Of a stretch of DNA of 64,000 nt, positions 45,499 to 54,240 are shown in pieces. Numbering within the stretch: position 1 is the stretch's first letter; every line of letters starts with the position of its first letter. The notes under the pieces were generated by a model. The model was given only the letters and a program-made list of their open reading frames with translations, was not told where the DNA came from and did not search any database. A program made the translations under genes and the position numbers. The DNA lies in the UHGV virus genome UHGV-0066004; one strand, written 5' to 3'. This DNA comes from a virus.

Positions 45499-45570
45499 TT
45501 TGACTCTCCTAGTTTAAGGATTTTATTTAGTGGGGAGGGATGACCTCCCGTTGATTAGTAATTTACTTGT
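45499..45570 (-). repeat. conserved upstream cassette, family 1 variant
   Basis: ggggagggatgacctcccg hairpin variant plus shared RBS. Confidence 0.6.
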
Positions 45571-45717
45571 TTTGATAGCTGATTGCAAGCAATTTTTTAA
45601 GCTTATCTATAAAGAATCTTTTAAGTGAATCCCTTTTAGATAAACCCCCTCGAACAAAGTTACCAATGTCAAGGGGTATTGTCAACACTTTTTTAAAAGT
45701 TTTTTATAAGTTATTGA

Positions 45718-46059
45718 TTAACTGATGAATATTTTTTCAGGTTTTACATAGCTGATACGCTGACTTTTTAGCAGGTCATCCCAGATTAGAGCGGCAATAT
45801 GAGGATAACCGGATTCACGTAAGAGCTTCATTGTTTTACTTCTCGTTTCAAAACGGCTTGCGTAGTACTCACTATTCAGAGTTGTTTTCTTCCCTTCGTT
45901 GTCTACATGGATAATCTGCATCACTTGAAAGGGGCTTGTGTCCTCGCCTTTGTTCCACTGTTCAAAGTATTTTAGGCACTGCATAGGCGACATCTTATCA
46001 CTAACCTGAGTTGACCAAGATGCGCCAGCTTTATCGGTAATTACGGTTACATAAGACAT
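45718..46059 (-). CDS. hypothetical early protein
   Basis: 113-aa ORF. Confidence 0.55.
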   Translation of the reverse strand: MSYVTVITDKAGASWSTQVSDKMSPMQCLKYFEQWNKGEDTSPFQVMQIIHVDNEGKKTTLNSEYYASRFETRSKTMKLLRESGYPHIAALIWDDLLKSQRISYVKPEKIFIS

Positions 46060-46140
46060 TTTTGAATCTCCTAGTTTAAGGACTTTACTTAGTGGGGAAG
46101 GTCATTCCCTCCCCGTTGATTGACAATTTACAGACTTTTA
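46060..46140 (-). repeat. conserved upstream cassette, family 1
   Basis: same sequence as copy at 44889. Confidence 0.7.
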
Positions 46141-46150
46141 TCAGGCTTGT

Positions 46151-46384
46151 CTAGTCTTTTTCAATGATAATTTCATATTGACCGTCAACGCTGTCAAAAT
46201 AGATGCCGTCTTCATCTTCTGTCTTAAAGTAGCATTGTATATCATCACTTGCGGGATAGTCTTGCCGTGCTATCTGGCAAGCTTGAATAGCGTTTTCTTT
46301 ACTTCCTGTGAACTCCTCAAGCCCTTTAAAATCACATGAATGGCCATTACAAATTGAGAGGATGAGATAAATGGTTGTAAGCAT
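46151..46384 (-). CDS. hypothetical small secreted protein
   Basis: 77 aa; hydrophobic N-terminus. Confidence 0.5.
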   Translation of the reverse strand: MLTTIYLILSICNGHSCDFKGLEEFTGSKENAIQACQIARQDYPASDDIQCYFKTEDEDGIYFDSVDGQYEIIIEKD

Positions 46385-46447
46385 GATTTAAGCCCTCTAA
46401 ATGGCCCTGTATGGGCCTTAAGTTGGAAATTAGTGTCTTTGTACTGC

Positions 46448-47014
46448 TTAGTCTAAAAAGTCGCTTAGATTGCGCTCTGTGAGATTCTCGGTAATTTTAT
46501 CCAGCAGGTCACAAAACAAAGAAGAAGTATCCCCGCTATTCTGTACAATTTTTGCAATACTCAACAAATCATCGTCAATATAGCCCAAATTGCGGTTAGT
46601 TGTATCAGGTACAAAGAATGGCGCATACATTGCACTAAATTTCGTCGAGTGAATACCGATAATCCAATCTTTATCAAAGTAACCGGTAAAGCTGGCGATT
46701 TCGCTCATGTTGTCACAAGAATAATCGTCCTCAAGTTCTTCCTCTGGGATATCCATCTCAATTACAATCACTTCCTGCGTTTCCATTTGGAAAGCTGCCG
46801 TAATAAGCCCCGACTCTAAAGCGTTTTGAATGCAGCGTTCACGGATGTAAGAGGCTTCTTCATCTTCCAGGCATTCCGTCTTGATAATCTTATCCATCGG
46901 GTAAACGTAAAAACAATCATCCATGTAAGAGCAGTTCCAGATACCTTCCGGCTTGTCGCCACCTTTAAGCAGGTTTACAAAGTTTTTCAGAGTAGTGCCG
47001 TGATAGCATTTCAT
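46448..47014 (-). CDS. hypothetical early protein
   Basis: 188 aa, acidic. Confidence 0.55.
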   Translation of the reverse strand: MKCYHGTTLKNFVNLLKGGDKPEGIWNCSYMDDCFYVYPMDKIIKTECLEDEEASYIRERCIQNALESGLITAAFQMETQEVIVIEMDIPEEELEDDYSCDNMSEIASFTGYFDKDWIIGIHSTKFSAMYAPFFVPDTTNRNLGYIDDDLLSIAKIVQNSGDTSSLFCDLLDKITENLTERNLSDFLD

Positions 47015-47100
47015 TTTTGAATCTCCTAGTTTAAGGATTTAGTGGTAAAGCTCTTTATCTGGGGCTTACTTTATCGAACTATAAGCCCCTTGTAAAGTAC
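47015..47100 (-). repeat. conserved upstream cassette, family 2 (hairpin GGGGCTTA-N13-TAAGCCCC + RBS)
   Basis: near-identical sequence recurs before five minus-strand genes. Confidence 0.7.
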
Positions 47101-47101
47101 T

Positions 47102-47305
47102 TTATTTGTTATTTTTGACAACTTTTAAAACTGCAAGATAACCTAAGCAATAAGAATCACCGAAGAGAGTCCTACCCATGAAAGAATCCTCTGCAATATC
47201 TTTCGCCGTGACGGTTTTTTCTACGCCGTGAAAGAGAACTACATCACCAACTTTAATATCTTTGATGTGTGTAGTTTCAATGGTTAAGCCGTTAATAATA
47301 GCCAT
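47102..47305 (-). CDS. hypothetical small protein
   Basis: 67-aa ORF. Confidence 0.45.
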   Translation of the reverse strand: MAIINGLTIETTHIKDIKVGDVVLFHGVEKTVTAKDIAEDSFMGRTLFGDSYCLGYLAVLKVVKNNK

Positions 47306-47400
47306 TTTGAATCTCCTAGTTTAAGGACTTTACTTAGTGGGGAAGGTCATTCCCTCCCCGTTGATGTGTAATTTAATCTATCTAAAAACCAGTGTCAACA
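47306..47400 (-). repeat. conserved upstream cassette, family 1
   Basis: sequence repeat. Confidence 0.7.
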
Positions 47401-47405
47401 GTTTT

Positions 47406-47810
47406 TTAGAGTTCTGCATAAATTGCGTCACAGATATCACGGAAGTCGTGATTTGATAGGTTACGTTGTAACCAAGTGGCGAAAAAGTCAGCGATTGCAT
47501 AATTGGCATCGTAGTCAACTGATAGCCACACTTTTACGGCGAATCTGAACATTTTTAAATCAAGCTCTTTATTCATTACCTTAGATTTGCCCAACATGTC
47601 GACCATTTCATATTGTGCGCCGTCTAGCGTGATACCTGCTGCAACGTCAGCCAATGAGCTTTTTACGTTTTCAATGTCTAAGATAACACTTTGAATCTTT
47701 CCGATAATGTTGTGCAATGTCTCATCAGGTGCTGATGACGTGATAACATTAATCCGGTTAACGGTCAAACGTGCTTTTAAGATTGATAACTCACGGTTGT
47801 TAATAGCCAT
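47406..47810 (-). CDS. hypothetical early protein
   Basis: 134-aa ORF. Confidence 0.55.
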   Translation of the reverse strand: MAINNRELSILKARLTVNRINVITSSAPDETLHNIIGKIQSVILDIENVKSSLADVAAGITLDGAQYEMVDMLGKSKVMNKELDLKMFRFAVKVWLSVDYDANYAIADFFATWLQRNLSNHDFRDICDAIYAEL

Positions 47811-47895
47811 TTTAGAATCTCCAATTTAGGATTTAGTGGTAAAGCTCTTTATCTGGGGCTTACTTTATCGAACTATAAGCCCCCTGTAAAGTACT
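47811..47895 (-). repeat. conserved upstream cassette, family 2
   Basis: sequence repeat. Confidence 0.7.
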
Positions 47896-47896
47896 T

Positions 47897-48169
47897 TTAC
47901 ACTAAATGCAGCTTTTTACCTTTTACCATGATGTAACTCGATGCGCTATTGCTACAAACATCTTGATAAATTCTGCGCAAACGTCCTTCGTAGTGTACTT
48001 TCCAACTAGTTGGAATCTTTTTACCATATCCGGTAGCAGTTTTTTGGAGTCCTGCTACTTGCCAATCTAAGATATGTTGCTCAGCTTGTAAATCCTCAAA
48101 GCACATTACACCATCTACATAGTGACGTAAAGTTACATTTAAAGTGCGACCGTTGTTAGTAGTATACAT
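47897..48169 (-). CDS. hypothetical early protein
   Basis: 90-aa ORF. Confidence 0.5.
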   Translation of the reverse strand: MYTTNNGRTLNVTLRHYVDGVMCFEDLQAEQHILDWQVAGLQKTATGYGKKIPTSWKVHYEGRLRRIYQDVCSNSASSYIMVKGKKLHLV

Positions 48170-48258
48170 TTTTGAATCACCTAGTTTAAGGACTTTATTT
48201 AGTGGGGAAGGTCATTCCCTCCCCGTTGATGTGTAATTTAATCTATCTAAAAACCAGT
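48170..48258 (-). repeat. conserved upstream cassette, family 1
   Basis: sequence repeat. Confidence 0.7.
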
Positions 48259-48259
48259 G

Positions 48260-48592
48260 TCAAGAATTTTGTTTTCGTTTGCTCAATTCTTGAACAATTA
48301 CAGCGTAGTAGTCTTTTAAGTCAATGATATTTAAAGCATTTATCAGAGAATTATAATCATCAACTAACTGGAAATCATCTTTGAAGATGTCACTTATCTG
48401 ATAGGTTTTCGCTTTATATCTGAAGCTCATCTCTAGCCGCTTTATTTGCTCATCACTGAGACGCCCTAGAAAGCTTTCTACAAGGTTATTGCTAACCTGC
48501 TGTGTGATTGCCTTATTTGCTAGATTATAGGCTTTATATGCCTTATAGAGCGCGAGAATGGCAATGATTGCAGTGATGCCAGTCATTAACAT
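48260..48592 (-). CDS. hypothetical membrane protein
   Basis: 110 aa; N-terminal hydrophobic segment. Confidence 0.5.
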   Translation of the reverse strand: MLMTGITAIIAILALYKAYKAYNLANKAITQQVSNNLVESFLGRLSDEQIKRLEMSFRYKAKTYQISDIFKDDFQLVDDYNSLINALNIIDLKDYYAVIVQELSKRKQNS

Positions 48593-48882
48593 GGTGTTTC
48601 CTCTTTACGTGATACTTTGCCATTTACAGATATCTCATAAGAATCTAGCAAATCACTTTTAGACTTTACTGGACTTTTAAAAGTATCATCATAAATATTT
48701 ACTTGCAATACAGGTTTTTTGTACTCCCTGCAGCTATTCCATAAGCAAATCACTACGCGACGGCCTTTGATTTTTCCGTGTAACCATTCCATAACATCGT
48801 GGCTATTTCTTGATGTCTCGATAAAATCAATTTTGTTGAGTAACTTGCTTAGATTTTCACGGACTTTATTTGACAATTTCAT
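48586..48882 (-). CDS. hypothetical early protein
   Basis: 98-aa ORF. Confidence 0.5.
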   Translation of the reverse strand: MKLSNKVRENLSKLLNKIDFIETSRNSHDVMEWLHGKIKGRRVVICLWNSCREYKKPVLQVNIYDDTFKSPVKSKSDLLDSYEISVNGKVSRKEETPC

Positions 48883-48965
48883 TTTTGAATCTCCAGTTTA
48901 GGATTTAGTGGTAAAGCTCTTTATCTGGGGCTTAAGATATCAACTTTTAAGCCCCCTGTAAAGTA
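48883..48965 (-). repeat. conserved upstream cassette, family 2 (variant loop)
   Basis: sequence repeat. Confidence 0.65.
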
Positions 48966-48970
48966 CTTTA

Positions 48971-49276
48971 TCAGTTAATTTTCAGTTTTGCATAGCCTCT
49001 GATTGTTCGAATGGGGGAGGTTAAGGCCACGCGTTTGATATATGATTTTTTAGTGTATACGTTTGTTTTACCGAGTGTTTCCACACCTTTAAAAAGGTTA
49101 TTTGAACTGCGTTTCAAGGTTAAATGTTTATCAACCTTTACGCCCCATCTTACAGCAGACTGTTTTCCGTTGTCAACCACTTTCCCGCATAACTTTTTAG
49201 CCATGATACGAGCGTCATCACGAGTCTTTGCGGTAATTACAACGTTTTTGATAATAGCCATTTTTAAGTTCTCCAA
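48971..49276 (-). CDS. hypothetical early protein
   Basis: 101-aa basic ORF. Confidence 0.5.
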   Translation of the reverse strand: MENLKMAIIKNVVITAKTRDDARIMAKKLCGKVVDNGKQSAVRWGVKVDKHLTLKRSSNNLFKGVETLGKTNVYTKKSYIKRVALTSPIRTIRGYAKLKIN

Positions 49277-49347
49277 TTTAGGATTTAGTGGTAAAGCTCT
49301 TTATCTGGGGCTTACTTTATCGAACTATAAGCCCCTTGTAAAGTACT
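49262..49347 (-). repeat. conserved upstream cassette, family 2
   Basis: sequence repeat. Confidence 0.7.
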
Positions 49348-49731
49348 TTATTTGTTAATTTTGAAGATAGTTACATAACCATCGCTGCCGATGATTTGTG
49401 ATGCTCCAGCTTTTTCTACTTGATAGCCCATATTTTCAAGATGGTAAACAGCATCATCATAACCATATGCGCCGCCCTGATAACGTCTCTTATCACATCT
49501 TACTAATACCTTTCCACGTCCTGCCAGTGCATTTAGTACGGCTTTTTCACTTGAAAGTGTACCATCTAACATGGTTGCCGTGTAATGGTTGATTCTATTC
49601 CCGTTTACATCATACTTAAAATTGAATGCGTGAACAACGATAATGTTACCTTTAAAATTTTCATCAAGTGACTTCTCCAGTGCGTTGCGAAAGTTGTCTT
49701 TGTTGATGAATTTAGGTGCACGATATGCCAT
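49348..49731 (-). CDS. hypothetical early protein
   Basis: 127-aa ORF. Confidence 0.55.
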   Translation of the reverse strand: MAYRAPKFINKDNFRNALEKSLDENFKGNIIVVHAFNFKYDVNGNRINHYTATMLDGTLSSEKAVLNALAGRGKVLVRCDKRRYQGGAYGYDDAVYHLENMGYQVEKAGASQIIGSDGYVTIFKINK

Positions 49732-49820
49732 TTTTGAATCTCCTAGTTTAAGGGTTAATTTGGTAAAGCTCTTTATCTGGGGCTTACTTTATCGAACTAT
49801 AAGCCCCTTGTAAAGTACTT
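49732..49820 (-). repeat. conserved upstream cassette, family 2
   Basis: sequence repeat. Confidence 0.7.
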
Positions 49821-49821
49821 T

Positions 49822-50043
49822 TTATTTATCGTAGTAGTAAATTGCTGTCTGTCTCGTAAATTTTTTAGTATTTCTTGTAAGGTAGCAATTAGAGTTTATA
49901 GCTGTTTCTACATAGTTGCAATAGTCAGCTTCTGATATTCTGGACCATACGCCACAGATTTGCATGTAAAAACGTTTTGCCTTTGTGTTAACGTTAGTTG
50001 TAACCATCAATTCGCGACTGTAAAGCATTATTTCGCGCTCCAT
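49822..50043 (-). CDS. hypothetical small protein
   Basis: 73-aa ORF. Confidence 0.45.
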   Translation of the reverse strand: MEREIMLYSRELMVTTNVNTKAKRFYMQICGVWSRISEADYCNYVETAINSNCYLTRNTKKFTRQTAIYYYDK

Positions 50044-50216
50044 TTCTCAAAGAGTTCAGCAGGGAAACGTTCGCTATACCCTTTTAAGGAAAAAGTATTA
50101 TCTTTGTGGATAGCTTCCACCTGATAAACCTTATAAGAGCGTATAGTTAGCATTTTGTAAGAGTATTCGTGCTTAATGTTAACCTCATCGCCAACTTTAA
50201 TTTTTCTTGATGCCAT
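50028..50216 (-). CDS. hypothetical small protein
   Basis: 62-aa ORF. Confidence 0.45.
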   Translation of the reverse strand: MASRKIKVGDEVNIKHEYSYKMLTIRSYKVYQVEAIHKDNTFSLKGYSERFPAELFEKWSAK

Positions 50217-50285
50217 TTTTGAATCTCCAGTTTAGGATTTTATTTAGTGGGGAAGGTCATTCCCTCCCCGTTGATGTAAATATTA
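50217..50285 (-). repeat. conserved upstream cassette, family 1
   Basis: sequence repeat. Confidence 0.7.
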
Positions 50286-50469
50286 GATAACCACGTTCAA
50301 AGAGTCAATAAAAATTTTAAAAATATTTTTGGCAAAACTGTAATGAAACGGGTGCGCACGACTACCACAAAACAGAACGCAAATCAAGAATTATTTTTCA
50401 ATCCGCTACAAATTTTTCTCTTGACTTTTGGGGAGAGGAAGAGGGGGAGAGGGGTTGGGCTGGCTGTCT

Positions 50470-50665
50470 ATAAAAACCTACCTGCACAATTCTAAAATGA
50501 TTTTTCTTGCCCGACCTGAGCGGGGTCTGCACGTTTTGAAAATGAAAAAGCTCTTTGGAGATTACCTGCACAGTTTGAAAATGAATTTTCTCTTTGGAGT
50601 TCAAAATTCTCTCTACAGATTTCTCTACAGAACTCTACCTGCACAATTCTAAAATGAAAAAGCCC
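50470..50665. repeat. four direct repeats of CCTGCACA(A/G)TT(C/T)(T/G)AAAATGA in a non-coding gap
   Basis: copies near 50476, 50526, 50562 and 50636; no credible ORF. Confidence 0.6.
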
Positions 50666-50730
50666 TCCTTACCTGAAAAATTTACCAGATAAGAAAGGCT
50701 TAGGCTATTGTGAATATACTACAGAGTTTC

Positions 50731-51516
50731 TTAGTTCTTTGCGTCTAAGAAGGTAACTTCTGGTGAAGAGAAGATTGCCTCGATATCCTCATCAGTTCTT
50801 GCATAGATATAAGCTTCTGCATCACTACCAAATGTTACAGCAATTCTGTGATTGCTCTTTGACAGGTGGGTAACTAGAGCGTTACTTAGAGACATCTTTT
50901 CAACCGGAGGGTTACTTTGATGTATCTTACCTTTTCTTCGTCTGAAGAGGGTAACTGCGTTATCTGTGAACACTGCTACACCTGCAAAGTATTCTGGTTC
51001 ACAGTAGTTCTTCCAACCTGAGCGTAACTTGTGGTACATCTCGCCTTCATAGACATACAGATAAACATCTACACTCTTCATCACCTGATTGATGATAACT
51101 GTGATGGCTTGAGGGTCAAGTCCACCGATACCTGCACCAATCATAGGTAAACCAACTTTCTTCAACTGATTAACTTCACAGTATCTGTTAAGCTGTTTCA
51201 AAGATGACTCTAAAGCACTGTATCGGGCATCTTTACCAGTCTTAAGCTGAGTGTAAAGGTTAGCTATACGACCTTGTTTTAAGCGTGCTACAGAGAAATT
51301 ACCTAGTAAATTCTCACAGGGTTTGTGACCTATACCACCTGCATAGAGATAAACTTCTGTATCGGTCTCATATGCTTTTGGGTAAAGTTTAGAAATCTTG
51401 TCAGCGATACCTGCGCCCATTAGGTTCATGCAGTTACAACCATGACCAATGATGTCAAACTTACCTTTATCAAATGCAGCAAAGATATCACCATTGATGA
51501 TTTTTACAATACCCAT
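50731..51516 (-). CDS. macrodomain protein (TARG1/DarG-like ADP-ribose hydrolase fold) with C-terminal extension
   Basis: 261 aa; GDIF ... GHGCNCMNLMGAGIA and VGLPMIGAGIGG match the TARG1/DarG macrodomain pattern. Confidence 0.7.
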   Translation of the reverse strand: MGIVKIINGDIFAAFDKGKFDIIGHGCNCMNLMGAGIADKISKLYPKAYETDTEVYLYAGGIGHKPCENLLGNFSVARLKQGRIANLYTQLKTGKDARYSALESSLKQLNRYCEVNQLKKVGLPMIGAGIGGLDPQAITVIINQVMKSVDVYLYVYEGEMYHKLRSGWKNYCEPEYFAGVAVFTDNAVTLFRRRKGKIHQSNPPVEKMSLSNALVTHLSKSNHRIAVTFGSDAEAYIYARTDEDIEAIFSSPEVTFLDAKN

Positions 51517-51717
51517 TTAGCATCTCTCCCAAGATTCTTTATCTTCTGAAGGTTTTACACGTTGCCCCTCATGGTCTACCCAGATGCACCCACAACCTTC
51601 ACAGATTACTGGCATTGCATAACCAGCTTTAAAATCATCTTCAGTGATAAGACCTTTTAAGTCACCTGTATCACGTCCGAACATTTCGATAGAACAGTCT
51701 TTACAGAAGTCAGCCAT
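51517..51717 (-). CDS. hypothetical Cys-rich small protein
   Basis: track ORF 51517..51795 trimmed to internal Met (MADFCKDCS) giving ATGA overlap; CxxC ... CEGCGC. Confidence 0.45.
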   Translation of the reverse strand: MADFCKDCSIEMFGRDTGDLKGLITEDDFKAGYAMPVICEGCGCIWVDHEGQRVKPSEDKESWERC

Positions 51718-51937
51718 GAATAATTGCCTCTTGAATGATGATACCTTTACCACAACGACTTTTAAAGTCTTCCAATGGTTCAGAGATGAAGCCACGTAAG
51801 CAGTCAGTGAATACTAAGTTCTTCCTGTAAGCTATCACATCATTTGCTGTAAATGGGATGACCTCATTTCGTCCAATGAATACTGCTGACCTTATAAGTT
51901 TTCGTGTCTTTTTATCTCTGGCTAGTATTACTTTCAT
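51710..51937 (-). CDS. hypothetical protein
   Basis: 75-aa ORF. Confidence 0.45.
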   Translation of the reverse strand: MKVILARDKKTRKLIRSAVFIGRNEVIPFTANDVIAYRKNLVFTDCLRGFISEPLEDFKSRCGKGIIIQEAIIHG

Positions 51938-52238
51938 AGTTTACCTTCTCAGTTAGTTCATATAAATCAACATGCTCAATACTGTCAATGTTGATATCAA
52001 TCTTTTTGAAACGCTCCATCACTTCGTTATCAGTCATCCATATCAGACACCAATGATTCTGGATGGATTCTTCAAGAAGGTCAACACAATCTTTAAAGGT
52101 TTTTGTATCACTTCTTGTTCCTACTACTGCGATTGTTCCATATAGCCACTTACCATTGCCATAAGATACTTGTGCTACGCCAACTTCTTTACCTTTCTCA
52201 TAGTAAACGGCTACAAAGTCTCTTCCATTAATCTGCAT
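51912..52238 (-). CDS. hypothetical protein
   Basis: 108-aa ORF. Confidence 0.5.
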   Translation of the reverse strand: MQINGRDFVAVYYEKGKEVGVAQVSYGNGKWLYGTIAVVGTRSDTKTFKDCVDLLEESIQNHWCLIWMTDNEVMERFKKIDINIDSIEHVDLYELTEKVNYESNTSQR

Positions 52239-52240
52239 AG

Positions 52241-52510
52241 TTACTTCCTCGTTTTAAGAACTGCTAAGATTTCTTTAGAATCTGGTAAGAACCATGTGTA
52301 GTGATTCTCTTTGATTTCTGGATGAGTGTCAACCTTTATTTTGCACTCTTTACCAACATGTTTAAGCTGTGCTGTGACACCTTGCATAAAGATATGGCAC
52401 ATCACATTATCCATAATGGTTGGTGAGAAATCAATTCGCATATAAGTCTCTTTTGGTCGTGGTAACAGTAAGTATCCTTCTACGTAAAAAGTATCTTGAT
52501 TCTCTGTCAT
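52241..52510 (-). CDS. hypothetical protein
   Basis: 89-aa ORF. Confidence 0.5.
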   Translation of the reverse strand: MTENQDTFYVEGYLLLPRPKETYMRIDFSPTIMDNVMCHIFMQGVTAQLKHVGKECKIKVDTHPEIKENHYTWFLPDSKEILAVLKTRK

Positions 52511-52776
52511 TGCTGCTTATTCCCTAATAAAATCATGTCAATAAGGTTGTTAGCTTTGATTGTGCACTGGTAAAAGCCGTCACGATAGAACTCAAGGGCT
52601 GCTGCTACATCGCTGCCTGTGTTGCCTTTGATGATATACCGTGATTCTTCTTGGGTGTACTTATCACCCTCACTTACTTGGGAGTTTTTGAATGTACTGC
52701 TCACTTTGTTCGTTGAACACCCTGACATAGTTATCAGTAACACAAACATTATAAAACTCTGGCTTAGTTTTTTCAT
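52507..52776 (-). CDS. putative lipoprotein (o-spanin-like candidate)
   Basis: 89 aa; signal peptide with lipobox-like MSGC; overlaps 3' end of upstream ORF out of frame. Confidence 0.4.
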   Translation of the reverse strand: MKKLSQSFIMFVLLITMSGCSTNKVSSTFKNSQVSEGDKYTQEESRYIIKGNTGSDVAAALEFYRDGFYQCTIKANNLIDMILLGNKQQ

Positions 52777-53017
52777 ATGTTAGTACCTCTTTTGTATGCT
52801 TATTCTTAGCAAGCACATCTTTCAAATCATTTTTGTAATTGGTGCTGAGTGTGGCTAAACCTTCCTGATAAGCATCTTTAGCAACACTTATTAGTTTCTC
52901 ATTATTTAGCTCAGTTTCAGCAACTTGATAGTCTCTGTAAGAGTATCCTCCCCAGACACCTGCACCAACTAAGAAAACAATTATGAAAGTAGCTTGACAG
53001 AACTCTTTAAATGTCAT
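52670..53017 (-). CDS. putative membrane-anchored coiled-coil protein (i-spanin-like candidate)
   Basis: 115 aa; N-terminal TM segment then helical region; overlapped by lipoprotein ORF. Confidence 0.4.
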   Translation of the reverse strand: MTFKEFCQATFIIVFLVGAGVWGGYSYRDYQVAETELNNEKLISVAKDAYQEGLATLSTNYKNDLKDVLAKNKHTKEVLTYEKTKPEFYNVCVTDNYVRVFNEQSEQYIQKLPSK

Positions 53018-53029
53018 TTAACAATCTCC

Positions 53030-53060
53030 TAAAATGAAAAAGGCTCCCGAAGGAGCCTGT
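53030..53060 (-). terminator. rho-independent terminator
   Basis: aggctcc-cgaa-ggagcct hairpin with U-run on minus strand. Confidence 0.6.
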
Positions 53061-53069
53061 ATCTTAACC

Positions 53070-53534
53070 TTAACCGAGGACTTTAGCAAGGATATTCGCA
53101 GCCATCGAAGAAGCTTTTGCAGCAGCAACTACGCCAGCTTTGACAGTGCTATCCTTAATAGCAGATACCGTTGCAGCATCAGTAAAGAGATAAGTGATTG
53201 TTTTAGAACCACTTGTAAAGGAAAGCATAAGAGTAGTTTCCAGATTGAAAGAGCGATACGGAGCACCTTCTTTAACGATACCTTCAGCACCTAACTCTGA
53301 AGCCTTGCCCATATCATAGATAGTCATCAGGTTTTCTTTGTGTGCTGTGGTTGAGCCAGAACCTTTTACGTGTTTCTTAACATTCAAAAGAGCACGATAC
53401 TCTCGGATGTTACCGTCTGCTTTTACGTTGACAGCACGGAAAATTTTACCCTCAAAGTTGCTCTTGATAATGTTACGAACTACTTCAGATTTGTTTGCCG
53501 TAACGTCCAGTGCTACCGTAATGATATTGTTCAT
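53070..53534 (-). CDS. hypothetical protein
   Basis: 154-aa ORF followed by terminator. Confidence 0.55.
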   Translation of the reverse strand: MNNIITVALDVTANKSEVVRNIIKSNFEGKIFRAVNVKADGNIREYRALLNVKKHVKGSGSTTAHKENLMTIYDMGKASELGAEGIVKEGAPYRSFNLETTLMLSFTSGSKTITYLFTDAATVSAIKDSTVKAGVVAAAKASSMAANILAKVLG

Positions 53535-53544
53535 AAGTTTTCTC

Positions 53545-54240
53545 TCAATGTTTAACTAACATGGTTTTGATGTGTGGAAGTATTCTGTTCACCTTCTGCA
53601 CATTCTTCTCTGTGTCTTCTATAAAACATACTATATTAAAGTAAGGCAGAATACAAGACTGAATCATCCTCACTTTCAAACTTTCTGCACTTATAGAGTT
53701 AGTCCCAAAACCACGCATAAAAAGCATGTAGTCATGCTCTGTGTTATGCCTTAAAAACATCTCAGTAGGTATTCTCTGAGATTCACCTCTCGCTGTCAAG
53801 AGTCCAATGGCAGCATGATTAGCAATTGCATCAATAATACTAAAGACATACGTTGGTTTTGCTCTTACAGAGTCAAGAAGATTAGTGTACTGTGAGAATG
53901 ACCCATCAGTCAATTCCGTTGAGCAATCTTCGTGATTAAAATTTGTAAGAACACCATCAATATCTGCTAAGATGAGGTTACCTTTTTCTACAAGGTCTTT
54001 ATTGACTATGACTAAGCTATCACGACTTACACCTATAGTTTGTCCAGTCTCTTTATCTACAACATTCACAATTGGCTCTGATGTGTGGAACTCTTCGAGT
54101 GAACATACAACTTCTCTTGCAGTGTCTTCAAAATCCCTACACTGTTCTGGAGTCCATACACAGGAATCAAGACCTAACTCATGAGGATGTAAGTCGTAAG
54201 CATGACACAGTACTTCATCAGACTTTTTTAATTTTTTCAT
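53545..54240 (-). CDS. putative HAD-family hydrolase/phosphatase
   Basis: 231 aa; LILADIDGVLTNF matches HAD motif I (DxDG). Confidence 0.5.
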   Translation of the reverse strand: MKKLKKSDEVLCHAYDLHPHELGLDSCVWTPEQCRDFEDTAREVVCSLEEFHTSEPIVNVVDKETGQTIGVSRDSLVIVNKDLVEKGNLILADIDGVLTNFNHEDCSTELTDGSFSQYTNLLDSVRAKPTYVFSIIDAIANHAAIGLLTARGESQRIPTEMFLRHNTEHDYMLFMRGFGTNSISAESLKVRMIQSCILPYFNIVCFIEDTEKNVQKVNRILPHIKTMLVKH

